From NCBI GenBank assembly GCA_002840565.1, contig PHBK01000003.1:47493-111492 (forward strand): 64,000 nt of DNA. Direction: 5' to 3'. Each line of letters begins with the position of its first letter. The stretch's first letter is position 1. A program made the position numbers and the translations under genes. Positions 47,043-56,452 of this stretch are shown one piece after another. Below the pieces are notes generated by a model. It searched no databases and was not told the origin of the DNA. It saw only the letters and a list, made by a program, of their open reading frames with translations. Source of the DNA: Deltaproteobacteria bacterium HGW-Deltaproteobacteria-12. GTDB taxonomy: Bacteria; Desulfobacterota; Syntrophia; Syntrophales; Smithellaceae.

Positions 47043-48134
47043 TTACTTTTTGTGACACTTGGCGCAATCGCGGGCGGAAAATGCCTTGCTGCCATTGTGG
47101 CAGACACCACAGGTCTTTCCCTGCAGCATTTCCGACATGATCATTTTTGTCTGACCTTTCTTGACGGCAAAAGGATCAGGATGACATTGATTGCATAAAA
47201 AAATCGCGTGACTGGCATGATGGAAATAGACATTGAGCATTGGTGTTTTATATTTCAGCTGACCCGGGTAATAAACTGGAGTCTTGGCGGCCGGCTTATC
47301 CTTGTGGCAACGGTTGCAGCTGTAAAATGCGGATCCACCTTCGGGGGCATGACAGGTAAAGCACGATTTCCCATTGACATGATCGTTGAAATCAATTTTA
47401 GCGTCACTCTTCCGATAAGCAAATGTCTGCGGATGGCAGGCAACGCAGCCGGATTTAAGCTGATGTTTTTCGTGCTTGAAAGAAACCGCTTTAGCGCCCT
47501 TCCCATACTTTATCGTTTCCGTCGGGGCGGCAGGGGGCTTCTGATGACACTTGTTGCAATCTGTCCAGGCAAACGTACCTTTGCCCTTTTCGGCATGGCA
47601 GGTGAAGCAGTACTTCTTCTGGCTGTGATCAGCCATTTTGATACTTGCCGCTCCTTCTTTGGGCTTAAACACAGAGGAATGACAGCTTTGACAGCTTGCT
47701 TTCTTGACGTGTGATTCGTGGTTAAAGGTCACGCCCTTGTCATCCTTACCCAAAACAACAACTTTTTTATAAGCGGGGATGTCTTTTGATGGTTTCGGAG
47801 CATTTGTGCCCAGATGACAGCGCGCGCACTGCGTATCCGAGGCAAAGGCACTTTTACCGTTATGACAGGCTCCGCAGTACTTTCCCTTATAGAGGGAGTC
47901 CATCGTAAAATCTTTATTTTTCTGAACCTGCAGCGCTTCCATGGCAAACAGGCCGCTGTGACAGGTAATGCAGGAGGTGTTCTTTTGTGAATGATCCTGA
48001 TGGCGAAAAATTACCGATTCTATCGGTTTAGTATAAAGGATGCCGCCCGCAGATTCTTCTCCTGCGCTCATCCCAAAGGATGACGTAATGCCGATCACAA
48101 CAATAATTAACAGGAGGGTAAGTCTTTTTCGCAT
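47043..48134 (-). CDS. Periplasmic dodecahaem cytochrome c
   Basis: Signal peptide and 12 CxxCH motifs counted. They fall into four groups of three, resembling tandem c7-type trihaem domains. Confidence 0.85.
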   Translation of the reverse strand: MRKRLTLLLIIVVIGITSSFGMSAGEESAGGILYTKPIESVIFRHQDHSQKNTSCITCHSGLFAMEALQVQKNKDFTMDSLYKGKYCGACHNGKSAFASDTQCARCHLGTNAPKPSKDIPAYKKVVVLGKDDKGVTFNHESHVKKASCQSCHSSVFKPKEGAASIKMADHSQKKYCFTCHAEKGKGTFAWTDCNKCHQKPPAAPTETIKYGKGAKAVSFKHEKHQLKSGCVACHPQTFAYRKSDAKIDFNDHVNGKSCFTCHAPEGGSAFYSCNRCHKDKPAAKTPVYYPGQLKYKTPMLNVYFHHASHAIFLCNQCHPDPFAVKKGQTKMIMSEMLQGKTCGVCHNGSKAFSARDCAKCHKK

Positions 48135-48146
48135 GGCGCTATCCTG

Positions 48147-48896
48147 CTACCCTTTCATGTAAAAGATATTGGGTTTGGCTCCGGTCTCTTTTTTGAGCAC
48201 CCAGACCGGCTTCTGCAATTGATGAATTAAGTGATACACTCTGTCTTTCGGATTGGCGAGATCGCCGAATACCCGGACATCCGCCGGACAGTGCACCGAG
48301 CAGGCAACGTTTTTCTCTCCCCTGGATAAGCGCTTTGAAAAACAGAAATCGCACTTATCGATGGCACTCTTTTCTTCATTGAAATACCGGGCATTGTAAG
48401 GGCAAGCCACCATGCAAATTTTACAGCCGATGCATTTCTTGTTGTCCATCATTACAATGCCGGTTATTTTATCCTTGTATGTCGCTTTGACGGGACATGC
48501 GCGGACGCAGGGAGGATTGTTGCACTGGTTGCATAGTACCGGAATGAACTCTCTTTTTTGCCCTATTGCCTGCGGCACTTCCCGCTCCAAAACCTTTGTG
48601 CGCCATCCGTAGTCCGGAACGGTGTTGGTGGCAACACAGCCTTTTTCACAGCGGCGGCAGCCGATGCACTGATCCACACGGATCACCATGCTGTAGTGCG
48701 GCTGATAAGGATATTTTTCCGCATAGGTGCCGGATGGGAATAATCTTTCGGCCGCAGAAACGGCGGACACGATGGAACCGCCGGCAAAAATACCGGTGAC
48801 AGCCAGGCCTATTTTCAGGAATTCACGGCGATCCAGTTCGGATATTCTTCCGGATTTTTCCAATATTTTGTCTTTATTTAAAGGCTCAAATATCAT
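48147..48896 (-). CDS. Tat-exported 4x[4Fe-4S] ferredoxin subunit (NrfC/PsrB/HybA type)
   Basis: 'DRREFLKIG' Tat motif and four Cys clusters: 'CIGCRRCEKGC', 'CNQCNNPPC', 'CIGCKICMVAC', 'CDFC'. Confidence 0.85.
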   Translation of the reverse strand: MIFEPLNKDKILEKSGRISELDRREFLKIGLAVTGIFAGGSIVSAVSAAERLFPSGTYAEKYPYQPHYSMVIRVDQCIGCRRCEKGCVATNTVPDYGWRTKVLEREVPQAIGQKREFIPVLCNQCNNPPCVRACPVKATYKDKITGIVMMDNKKCIGCKICMVACPYNARYFNEEKSAIDKCDFCFSKRLSRGEKNVACSVHCPADVRVFGDLANPKDRVYHLIHQLQKPVWVLKKETGAKPNIFYMKG

Positions 48897-50158
48897 AATT
48901 CACTCTCAGCCTTTCCGCTTTCCAAGTCTTCGATGCCCGGCGCTTCGCTAAAACCGTTAAATACCTTCTCCCCGAGCATAAACGCCGCACCGCAAAATCC
49001 CACCCCTCCCAGAGCAACAAGAATTTCTTTCCAGGTAGGCGCATAAGTGTGCAATTGGGAAAATTCCTTGACTCCAAGATCCCAATACAAAGGAACAATC
49101 TGAGCCATAATGACCAGATCCAGGCGCATGAAAAAAATACTGAAAATCATGAGAGCTGCGGCAGTCATCATCAATCCACGCTTCCTGCCAGAAGATCGCC
49201 AGAGCAGAAAAAAAGGAATAATCATGCCGCAGGCCACTTCCAGCACCCAGAAGCTGAAAGCATGCGAGCCGCTGATGGTCTCATGAAGCGTAAGCAGATG
49301 TGTTTCGCCGCCGGTGGTCATGGTAATCAGCTTCCAGACGGTCAAGAAAACAATAGCAGCAATCATCAGCATGGCCAGTTTGCCGACCAGCGCCAATGAC
49401 TTTTCTTCGGCTTCATCCATTTTGGTGTTTCTGATCTTTTGCGCAATAATGCTGAAAAAGATAATGAAAGCACTTCCTGTCATCATGGCCGACAGGATAA
49501 AATAGACCGGCAGAAAGGGGCCATACCAGATATCGCGGCCATGCAGCATGGCAAAGATGCCTCCCAGATTGCTGTGTGCGGCAACGCCGGAGATAACACT
49601 CAGGAATCCGAAAAAGGCGGCAACGCGGTGTGACTCCCGCATCAGCAAAACAAATTCTATCGCCATGAAAATCATATACAGCATATACAGCGCGCCCATC
49701 CACCAGATGTTGGAAGAGAAATTAGGCGATGTAAAAAAGTAAATCAACATCCGGAAGGGATTCTCTATTTCCAGGGCGATCACGAGAAAACCGGATATAA
49801 TTGTAATCAGGGCCAGAAGCACCGACCGTTTGGCAATCGGCAGAAAGTCGCGATTACCGAAGACATGCCCTATGGACGAAACCAGGCAAAGCCCGGTGGA
49901 AGCAACAACAAAGAAAATATACGTGGCAATGAGCAGTGCCAGCGGAATCTCCCGGAAGGTGCCGTAAGAATGAAGGGTGCCCGCTATGAAGATGGAGTAT
50001 ATTCCGGATATAACTCCGGCAATAAGCAGAATGACGAATGCCGTTAAAAGGAATAGATAAACCGGGCCGCCTGATATTACACGGTTTAACGCATCTTTGA
50101 TGCCGGTAATGACGGGCGAATTGACTGTGTTTTCCATGGTGCTACCTTTTCTGGCCAA
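48893..50158 (-). CDS. NrfD/PsrC-like integral membrane quinol-interacting subunit
   Basis: 421 aa, about 10 TM helices. 4-nt overlap with the FeS subunit gene. Confidence 0.8.
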   Translation of the reverse strand: MARKGSTMENTVNSPVITGIKDALNRVISGGPVYLFLLTAFVILLIAGVISGIYSIFIAGTLHSYGTFREIPLALLIATYIFFVVASTGLCLVSSIGHVFGNRDFLPIAKRSVLLALITIISGFLVIALEIENPFRMLIYFFTSPNFSSNIWWMGALYMLYMIFMAIEFVLLMRESHRVAAFFGFLSVISGVAAHSNLGGIFAMLHGRDIWYGPFLPVYFILSAMMTGSAFIIFFSIIAQKIRNTKMDEAEEKSLALVGKLAMLMIAAIVFLTVWKLITMTTGGETHLLTLHETISGSHAFSFWVLEVACGMIIPFFLLWRSSGRKRGLMMTAAALMIFSIFFMRLDLVIMAQIVPLYWDLGVKEFSQLHTYAPTWKEILVALGGVGFCGAAFMLGEKVFNGFSEAPGIEDLESGKAESEL

Positions 50159-50169
50159 ATCCTTTTATA

Positions 50170-50724
50170 TCAGGGCACGATATAGTTAAATTTATGGCAT
50201 TGAGCACAGTAGTTTTCCGACTTTGTATGCTGGTGGTGACAAAGATTGCAATCCAGTTCTGTTCCGTAATGGGGCGACGTGTGCGGATTATGCGGTTTTA
50301 TCTTTGCCGTTTTCTCCGCCAGTTTGGCCGTTGCGCCGTGGCAGGCAATGCACTTGCTCATTTCCACCGGTTCCGGTTTCTTCACTTTACCGTGGCATTG
50401 TTCGCATTTGACGCCTTTAAGAGCGTGCAGATGGCTGCCCGGAATTTTAGCTTTCAGCGTTCCGGCGTTGCCTTCTCCCGGAATGTGACAAACAAGACAA
50501 CCTTCATAAGGCATATCCTTTGTGGCGACGTGATTGTCGGAAAGTACTTTTTTGTCTTTATGGCAGCCGGCGCAATCCCATGCTTTTAATTCAGCTTTTT
50601 TCTCCTTCGTCGCTGCCGCCTTTTTTTCTTTGGGGGCGGCGTACAGACTGACTGTAAAAACCGCAATCAGAAATAAAACAAGTGAAAAGGCAATGAGCAC
50701 CTTGCTTGTATTGTTGTTTTTCAT
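50170..50724 (-). CDS. Hexahaem cytochrome c (flavocytochrome-type tetrahaem core plus two N-terminal haems)
   Basis: Six CxxCH motifs. C-terminal 'CIACHG...LAEKT...NPHTSPHYG..LDCNLCHHQH...YCAQCHKF' resembles the haem domain of Shewanella-type flavocytochrome c. N-terminal signal or anchor. Confidence 0.85.
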   Translation of the reverse strand: MKNNNTSKVLIAFSLVLFLIAVFTVSLYAAPKEKKAAATKEKKAELKAWDCAGCHKDKKVLSDNHVATKDMPYEGCLVCHIPGEGNAGTLKAKIPGSHLHALKGVKCEQCHGKVKKPEPVEMSKCIACHGATAKLAEKTAKIKPHNPHTSPHYGTELDCNLCHHQHTKSENYCAQCHKFNYIVP

Positions 50725-50797
50725 ATTTATCCACCGCTATGGGAATGTGTACCAAGGGACATTGTGATTCTTTTTAAATACATTGTTATTAAAGCAG

Positions 50798-50848
50798 AAA
50801 AAAAAGCATGCGTCAATGGGCTATCTTGATGTTGTCCATTGACGCATG
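50798..50848 (-). terminator. Intrinsic terminator/attenuator between flavoprotein and hexahaem cytochrome genes
   Basis: 13-bp perfect stem (50807-50819 / 50836-50848) followed on the minus strand by an 8-U tract (50798-50805). Confidence 0.7.
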
Positions 50849-50864
50849 AAAGGTTGCGTTAATC

Positions 50865-52442
50865 CTACAGTTTTTCCCTTACAACGTTCTTGCCTGCTTT
50901 GCGCCCAAAGACGACACAGTCTGTCGTGGCATTGCCACCCAGTCGGTTCGAGCCGTGAACGCCCCCCGACACCTCGCCGGCGGCGTAAAGCTTCGGAATC
51001 ACCTCACCGAAGATGTCGATAACCTGCGCATTCTCGTTGATTCGCAGACCGCCCATGCAGTGATGGATCGCTGGCCACTGGGCGACAGCGTAGAAGGGAC
51101 CCTTAACCATCGGGGTCATGGCCTTGGTAATCGGCTTGCCGAATTCGGGATCTTTGCCTTCAGCGAGATAACGGTTGTGCTTCTCGATCGTATCGACCAG
51201 CGCATCTGCGGGAATGCCTATTTTCCCGGCCAACTCGGCGATGCTGTCGGCGACAATAAAACGATTGTGTTTCAAGCCTGTCTCGACTTCTTTGCGGCTG
51301 CCACCTAATTTTTCGATCATCTCATCGCTGAAAATTGTGTAGGTGGGCTTGGCCTGTGGTCCCAGAGCAATCTGCGCAAAACTCACATGATCGCGCCTTG
51401 CCAGTTCGCTGATGAAGCGCTTGCCCTTCTTGGTGACATAAACGATGCCGTTGCCCGGACCGTTGAAAGGATAAAGCGCCGGGCTGTCGAGGATACCCGT
51501 ATCCGGATCGGCATAGGGATACAACTGGATGAAGTTCATCTGCAGAGTATCCGCACCGACAGCCTGGGCGTAGCGGATTGTCTCGCCGGTTGCGCCCCTG
51601 TGGTTGGTGCTTTTCCAATCGCCTGCCAGGTAAGGATAATGATCGCTACGCATTTTGATGTCGCGGCTGAAGCCGCCGGAGGCCAGAATCAGGCCCTTGG
51701 TGATTTTAATATTGGTCACTTTCTTACCCTGTGTGACCTCGACGCCCAGAACGGGGCTTTTCGAATCGGCATCTGCTCTCCAAATCCAGGTCACGGCGTT
51801 GTTGAGGCGGATCTTAGCTCCCCCCTTCTCTGCTATTCGCTTGAGTGCGTCGACATAAATCTTCCCGGAACCGCATGCATGAGAGCGATATGCTGAGTGG
51901 CCACCACCGCGAAGTACTGTCGGGCGAATCACCGCTCCCCCTTCGTCGATCATCCAGTTCAGCGATTCGGTGGCCCCTTCCGCCATGGCCTTGGCCAGTG
52001 CCGGAATGTTGAAGTTGTCGCCCCCTTTTAGGGTGTCCTGCGTGTGGAGCTCGACACTGTCGTCGCCCAGGTTGAGATTCTGGCGATAGTGGAATTTGTC
52101 GTCCCAGGAGTTATATATCCCACCGTTGATGGCGGAGTTGCCACCGATAACGGGCATCTTCTCCAGGATAACGACCTTCGCTCCGGCTTTGGCAGCTTCC
52201 GCGGCGGCTGCCCATCCGGCAAAGCCGGAGCCTACGATGACCACATCGATGGTTTCGTCCCATTTCTTGGGCAGGGGACGCTTGGCTGCTTCCGCAGAAC
52301 CCGGGAGAGCCATATTCAACGCCAAGCCGCTAACCACAGTTGCGGCGCCAACTGCCGCCGCTCCCTTCAGAAAGGAACGGCGATTTACACCTTTTACTTC
52401 TTCATGCAGATTGTTTTTGATTTCTTGTTGATTTGTGTCCAT
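50865..52442 (-). CDS. Tat-exported FAD-dependent reductase, flavocytochrome-c/fumarate-reductase superfamily (paralogue 1)
   Basis: 'NRRSFLKGAAAVG' Tat motif, 'DVVIVGSGFAG' and 'GGNS' FAD motifs, 'HHCMGG', 'NRLGGNA'. The ATG at 52442 has a GGAGG RBS. The track TTG start is at 52454. Confidence 0.85.
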   Translation of the reverse strand: MDTNQQEIKNNLHEEVKGVNRRSFLKGAAAVGAATVVSGLALNMALPGSAEAAKRPLPKKWDETIDVVIVGSGFAGWAAAAEAAKAGAKVVILEKMPVIGGNSAINGGIYNSWDDKFHYRQNLNLGDDSVELHTQDTLKGGDNFNIPALAKAMAEGATESLNWMIDEGGAVIRPTVLRGGGHSAYRSHACGSGKIYVDALKRIAEKGGAKIRLNNAVTWIWRADADSKSPVLGVEVTQGKKVTNIKITKGLILASGGFSRDIKMRSDHYPYLAGDWKSTNHRGATGETIRYAQAVGADTLQMNFIQLYPYADPDTGILDSPALYPFNGPGNGIVYVTKKGKRFISELARRDHVSFAQIALGPQAKPTYTIFSDEMIEKLGGSRKEVETGLKHNRFIVADSIAELAGKIGIPADALVDTIEKHNRYLAEGKDPEFGKPITKAMTPMVKGPFYAVAQWPAIHHCMGGLRINENAQVIDIFGEVIPKLYAAGEVSGGVHGSNRLGGNATTDCVVFGRKAGKNVVREKL

Positions 52443-52687
52443 TGCAGCCTCCAAAAAAAATTTGAATTATTCCGTCAGATGCCGGCAGATAAATTTGCCC
52501 CACAGTTCTGGAAGTGGGCAGATGCGACAACAGAGTAATGATTAATTGGTTTTATGGTGTCTTTCGGCCATGTGTCCTGACGTAACAAATGGGTGCCCAC
52601 ATTTATTGACTGATTTATTATCATCAATATGAAACCACGTAAACGGTTATTTAACAGGTAGATATCGGGTATTGTTATATACCCGTT

Positions 52688-54091
52688 TCATGGGCGAGGT
52701 GCTTCGCTGGCTGCATTTATCCCGGCGATGCGCCCGAAAATCAAACATTCGGAAATAGAGTTGCTGCCCAGACGGCTGGCGCCATGAACACCCCCGATGA
52801 TTTCGCCTGCTGCATAAAAACGGCCGATGGGCGAATTGTCGTCAATCCGGATCACCTGTGCTTGAGTATTGATCTGGATTCCGCCCATGCAGTAGTGAAC
52901 TTTGGAAATCAGGCGGATGCAGTAGTAGGGAGGGTGTTTAATGGGATGCAAGTCTCGGGGAATCGGCTTGCCAAACTTGTCATCTTTCCCCTGTTCGATT
53001 ACAGTATTATAAGAATCGATCGTGTGTTTCAATGGAAGAAGTGGCACCTGGTTGGCCATGGCCAGTTCTTCGAGCGAACCGTATTTCCGGACGACACCGC
53101 GCTTGAGACACTGATCCAGCGTGTAGGCTTGATGCACGCCCATCTCATCCACGATGGCAATGGCTTCGTTTCCCGCGCTGAGCATGGCGTCCACCAGAAG
53201 TTTGCGATCCGCTTGTTCGTTGACAAAACGCGATACTGTTTGCAGATCAATCAAAATGCCGTAGGGAAACCCCGCCAGCATGGAGAACATCGATCCTACC
53301 CCGAAGCCTTCTTCATCGCGGGACGCCCATGGTCCGAGCTGGATCATCGACAACTGCACGGGCGTCGCGCCGGCTTTCAGCGCCAGAATAAGGCTTTCGG
53401 CCGTTGCCCCCTTGTGATTGGTGCATTCAATATTTTCCGAAAGCGAGGGGTTTTGGATGGCCCGGAATGCCTTGTCCTGACTGAATCCCCCGGTGGCCAT
53501 GACCACCGCCCGTCTGGCGCGGATGCGCTTGGGCGCACCGCTTTCGCGATTGGGGAAAATATAATTCTCGCGGACCTCCACGCCTTCGATGTCTCCGTGT
53601 TCATCGGCGATGAGCTGCGTTAGACAAGTCTTCAGACGGATCGGGATTTCCATTTCCCGCAAACGAACCAGCATCGGCCGGATAATGCCGGCCCCTGATG
53701 TGTTGGCCGTGCTGTGAGAACGCGGCACGGAATGTCCGCCCAGATGGCTGAGATTGAGTTTATACTCCACACCCAGTTCGTTGATCGTCCAGAGGAGCGT
53801 TTCGGTGGATCGTTCGGCCACGATACGGGCCAGATCGCGGTGGTTGAAGTTTTGACCGGCGGCCAGCATGTCAGCAAGCATCAGTTCCGGCGAATCTTTA
53901 ATATTTTCGTCAGCCTGCAGAGGAGATCCAGCCGCGGCGAAAAGGCCTCCACTGATTGTGGAGTTGCCGCCGGGCACGGCCATTTTTTCCAGAACCACCA
54001 CGGACGAGCAGAGCTTGCGAGCCTCGATAGCTGCCGCCAGTCCTGCAAAACCAGAACCGATAATCACCACATCATATTCTTCATGCCACAT
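52688..54091 (-). CDS. Cytoplasmic (no signal peptide) FAD-dependent reductase, same superfamily (paralogue 2)
   Basis: It starts directly at 'MWHEEYDVVIIGSGFAG'. 'HYCMGG' and 'SRLGSNS' are present. GGGAGA RBS. Confidence 0.8.
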   Translation of the reverse strand: MWHEEYDVVIIGSGFAGLAAAIEARKLCSSVVVLEKMAVPGGNSTISGGLFAAAGSPLQADENIKDSPELMLADMLAAGQNFNHRDLARIVAERSTETLLWTINELGVEYKLNLSHLGGHSVPRSHSTANTSGAGIIRPMLVRLREMEIPIRLKTCLTQLIADEHGDIEGVEVRENYIFPNRESGAPKRIRARRAVVMATGGFSQDKAFRAIQNPSLSENIECTNHKGATAESLILALKAGATPVQLSMIQLGPWASRDEEGFGVGSMFSMLAGFPYGILIDLQTVSRFVNEQADRKLLVDAMLSAGNEAIAIVDEMGVHQAYTLDQCLKRGVVRKYGSLEELAMANQVPLLPLKHTIDSYNTVIEQGKDDKFGKPIPRDLHPIKHPPYYCIRLISKVHYCMGGIQINTQAQVIRIDDNSPIGRFYAAGEIIGGVHGASRLGSNSISECLIFGRIAGINAASEAPRP

Positions 54092-54164
54092 TTGTTTCTC
54101 CCTATGCTTTTAACGGACTCTTTACTTTTCATGGCCGTTTTTTTTCGCCTTGTCTTCACTTTGA

Positions 54165-55442
54165 TCATAAAACACGATTCATCAGGAAAGCATGCAGGTT
54201 CAGCTTCTCACCGCTCAGTCCCAGCTTTTTGCGGATATTCTTGCGATGCGTCTGAACCGTATCATAGGACAGCTTCATGGTCGTGCAGATATCCTTGCTC
54301 GAACAACCGGCTTGAACCAAACGGCAGACTTCGATTTCCGTTTTCGTAAGCTTCAGAAGCCCGGCGTCCAGTTCTTTTTCGGAGCCCGTCGTCAATCTAA
54401 TCAGTTGCTCTTCCAGAATCGCCAGGTAGCTCCTGCGGGTGCCCGCTTCGGAGGCGGCTTCGATTTTTTTCAAGCCCGGCAAAAGTGATGTCTTGATTTT
54501 CGAGGCCAACCGGCTTTCACGATCCTTGCGGTCCTCCTCGATGCTTTTCATGACAGTTTTCAGGGTGAGATTCATTTCCTCCACCTGCTGTTTTTCCTGC
54601 CGAAGCTGCATCTCCATCGCTTTCTGCTGGGTGTCGTCCCGAACGATCAGCGACCAGTAAAGCCTGCTGTCAAGATCGCTACGAGCCAACGTCACAGTGG
54701 CCGGAAAGGTTTTGCCGTCCACATACAGAAAGGTTACTTCAACATGCCGGCGCTGGCCATCTATCAAATCCTCCATATGCCGGATTAAAAGGGCGGCGTC
54801 CGCCTCTTCCAGCAGAGACCGTATATTCGATCCAACGATATTCTGAAACTGCATGCCGAAAATTTCGCAGGCTTGCTGGTTGACCTGGACAATTTCAAGG
54901 TCTTCGTCAACCAGCAGAATCCCTTCACCCACGGACATAAAAATCGCACGAAGCAACTTGTCCGATGTCGCCGGATTGGCCGACCTTTGCTCCGGCACCA
55001 CCATGCCCGGCGTCTGCCAGCCGGCAACAATGTTCATCTCGGTGCAATCCGCGACACGCCGAAGTTTCAAAATCATGTCGGTTCGCGCTGCTGCTGAGAC
55101 ATCCGCTCCGGCAAGTCTTTCCTCAACGCAGGAAATCATGGTTTTGAAATAACCGAGAAAAAACTCCAGATCCATGCCGCGCTTCTGCCCGAAACGGGCT
55201 TCGTCGGCCAGCGGCTGCACCAGGCAAAATGCATCGCGCTCGCTTTCCGCAGACATAGCGGTCTTTGCATCCCGGCAGCACAATTCCAGCGCCGCAAGCA
55301 GGCCGGTGAATCTCCGGAGGAAATCTTCGCGGCCGGTCATACGCGGATTGGCCTGTCCGGCCCTGTGCATCCGACGCAGCCATTCTTCAAATATATCCGA
55401 CTGGGCTTCCCTGAATTGATTGAGCAGCTGTTTCGTATCCAT
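54165..55442 (-). CDS. PAS-domain LuxR/FixJ-type HTH transcriptional regulator (no receiver domain)
   Basis: C-terminal 'LTKTEIEVCRLV..G.S.KDI...M.LS..TVQTHRKNIRKKLG'. Central PAS-like 'GEGILLVDEDLEIVQVNQQACEIFG'. Coiled-coil linker. Confidence 0.8.
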   Translation of the reverse strand: MDTKQLLNQFREAQSDIFEEWLRRMHRAGQANPRMTGREDFLRRFTGLLAALELCCRDAKTAMSAESERDAFCLVQPLADEARFGQKRGMDLEFFLGYFKTMISCVEERLAGADVSAAARTDMILKLRRVADCTEMNIVAGWQTPGMVVPEQRSANPATSDKLLRAIFMSVGEGILLVDEDLEIVQVNQQACEIFGMQFQNIVGSNIRSLLEEADAALLIRHMEDLIDGQRRHVEVTFLYVDGKTFPATVTLARSDLDSRLYWSLIVRDDTQQKAMEMQLRQEKQQVEEMNLTLKTVMKSIEEDRKDRESRLASKIKTSLLPGLKKIEAASEAGTRRSYLAILEEQLIRLTTGSEKELDAGLLKLTKTEIEVCRLVQAGCSSKDICTTMKLSYDTVQTHRKNIRKKLGLSGEKLNLHAFLMNRVL

Positions 55443-55450
55443 GTTTTATT

Positions 55451-55762
55451 TCAATTGAGTGAGTGCAGATGGCTGCCCGGAATCTTAGCTGTCAGCGTTT
55501 CGGCATTGCCTTTTCCCGGAATGTGGCAAACAAGACAACCTTCATAGGGCATATCCTTTGTGGCGACGTGATTGTCGAAAATCATCCTTTTGTCTTTATG
55601 GCAGCCGGCACAATCCCAGGGTTTCACTTCAGCTTTTTTCTCCTTGGTCGCTGCCGCCTTTTTTTCTTTGGGGGCGGCGTACAGACTGCCTGTAAAAACC
55701 GCCACTAGAAATAAAACAAGTGAAAAGGCAATGAGCACCTTGATTGTATTCTTGTTTTTCAT
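55451..55762 (-). pseudogene. Truncated duplicate of the hexahaem cytochrome gene (first two haem sites only)
   Basis: The 103-aa product is nearly identical to residues 1-100 of the 50170-50724 product. DNA similarity ends abruptly near 55462, 8 nt upstream of the LuxR-gene start. Confidence 0.7.
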
Positions 55763-56452
55763 ATTTATTCTCCAGTCAATGCAGTCGCCCCTCAGTACTG
55801 TACAGGAATTGTTTGTACCGCCTCAGGACGGTAAAAAATCAAACATCAATGGACAAAGGCAATTAACCAATGCTTTAAACGACAGAGAGTTCAATTTGTC
55901 TGAATAAAAGCAGGCTGCTTTCTTTATTTGCCCGTCCCAATCATTAATATGCTTTTGTCTAAATGCTTGTCAAGAATATATGCCAACAGTCCGATGTTTG
56001 AGGTCCGATTCTCTTTATTGACAGCAGCGACAATAATGAAAGCAAACGGAAATCCTCTTGGTTGCATTATGTATATGTTATAATTGCCATTTAATGGATA
56101 TGGCGTTCCTTGATGGGAGTTTTTTAGTGATTGCTGCCGGACAAAGATTGTGATATGGTTAAAAAAAATTGTTATAATGAATCATCTCCATCTGAAACCA
56201 TTTTGTAACCTGCATTCCCAATTCGCCATTGCTATACAGGATTGTATCATCTGTCGAGCGCAGCAAACGCACAAAAATCATTTTCCAGCCATTATTATAC
56301 ACAAAAGCATTATTTTGATTCAGCTGTTTCGTCAAGAAACAGCTTTGCTGAAATTAAACATTCCTGAACTGTTAAAATCACTGACAATTATCCGGAGAAA
56401 AAAATAACGACAGTCTGATATAAAAAATCAACAAAATATAAGGAGAAAAACA

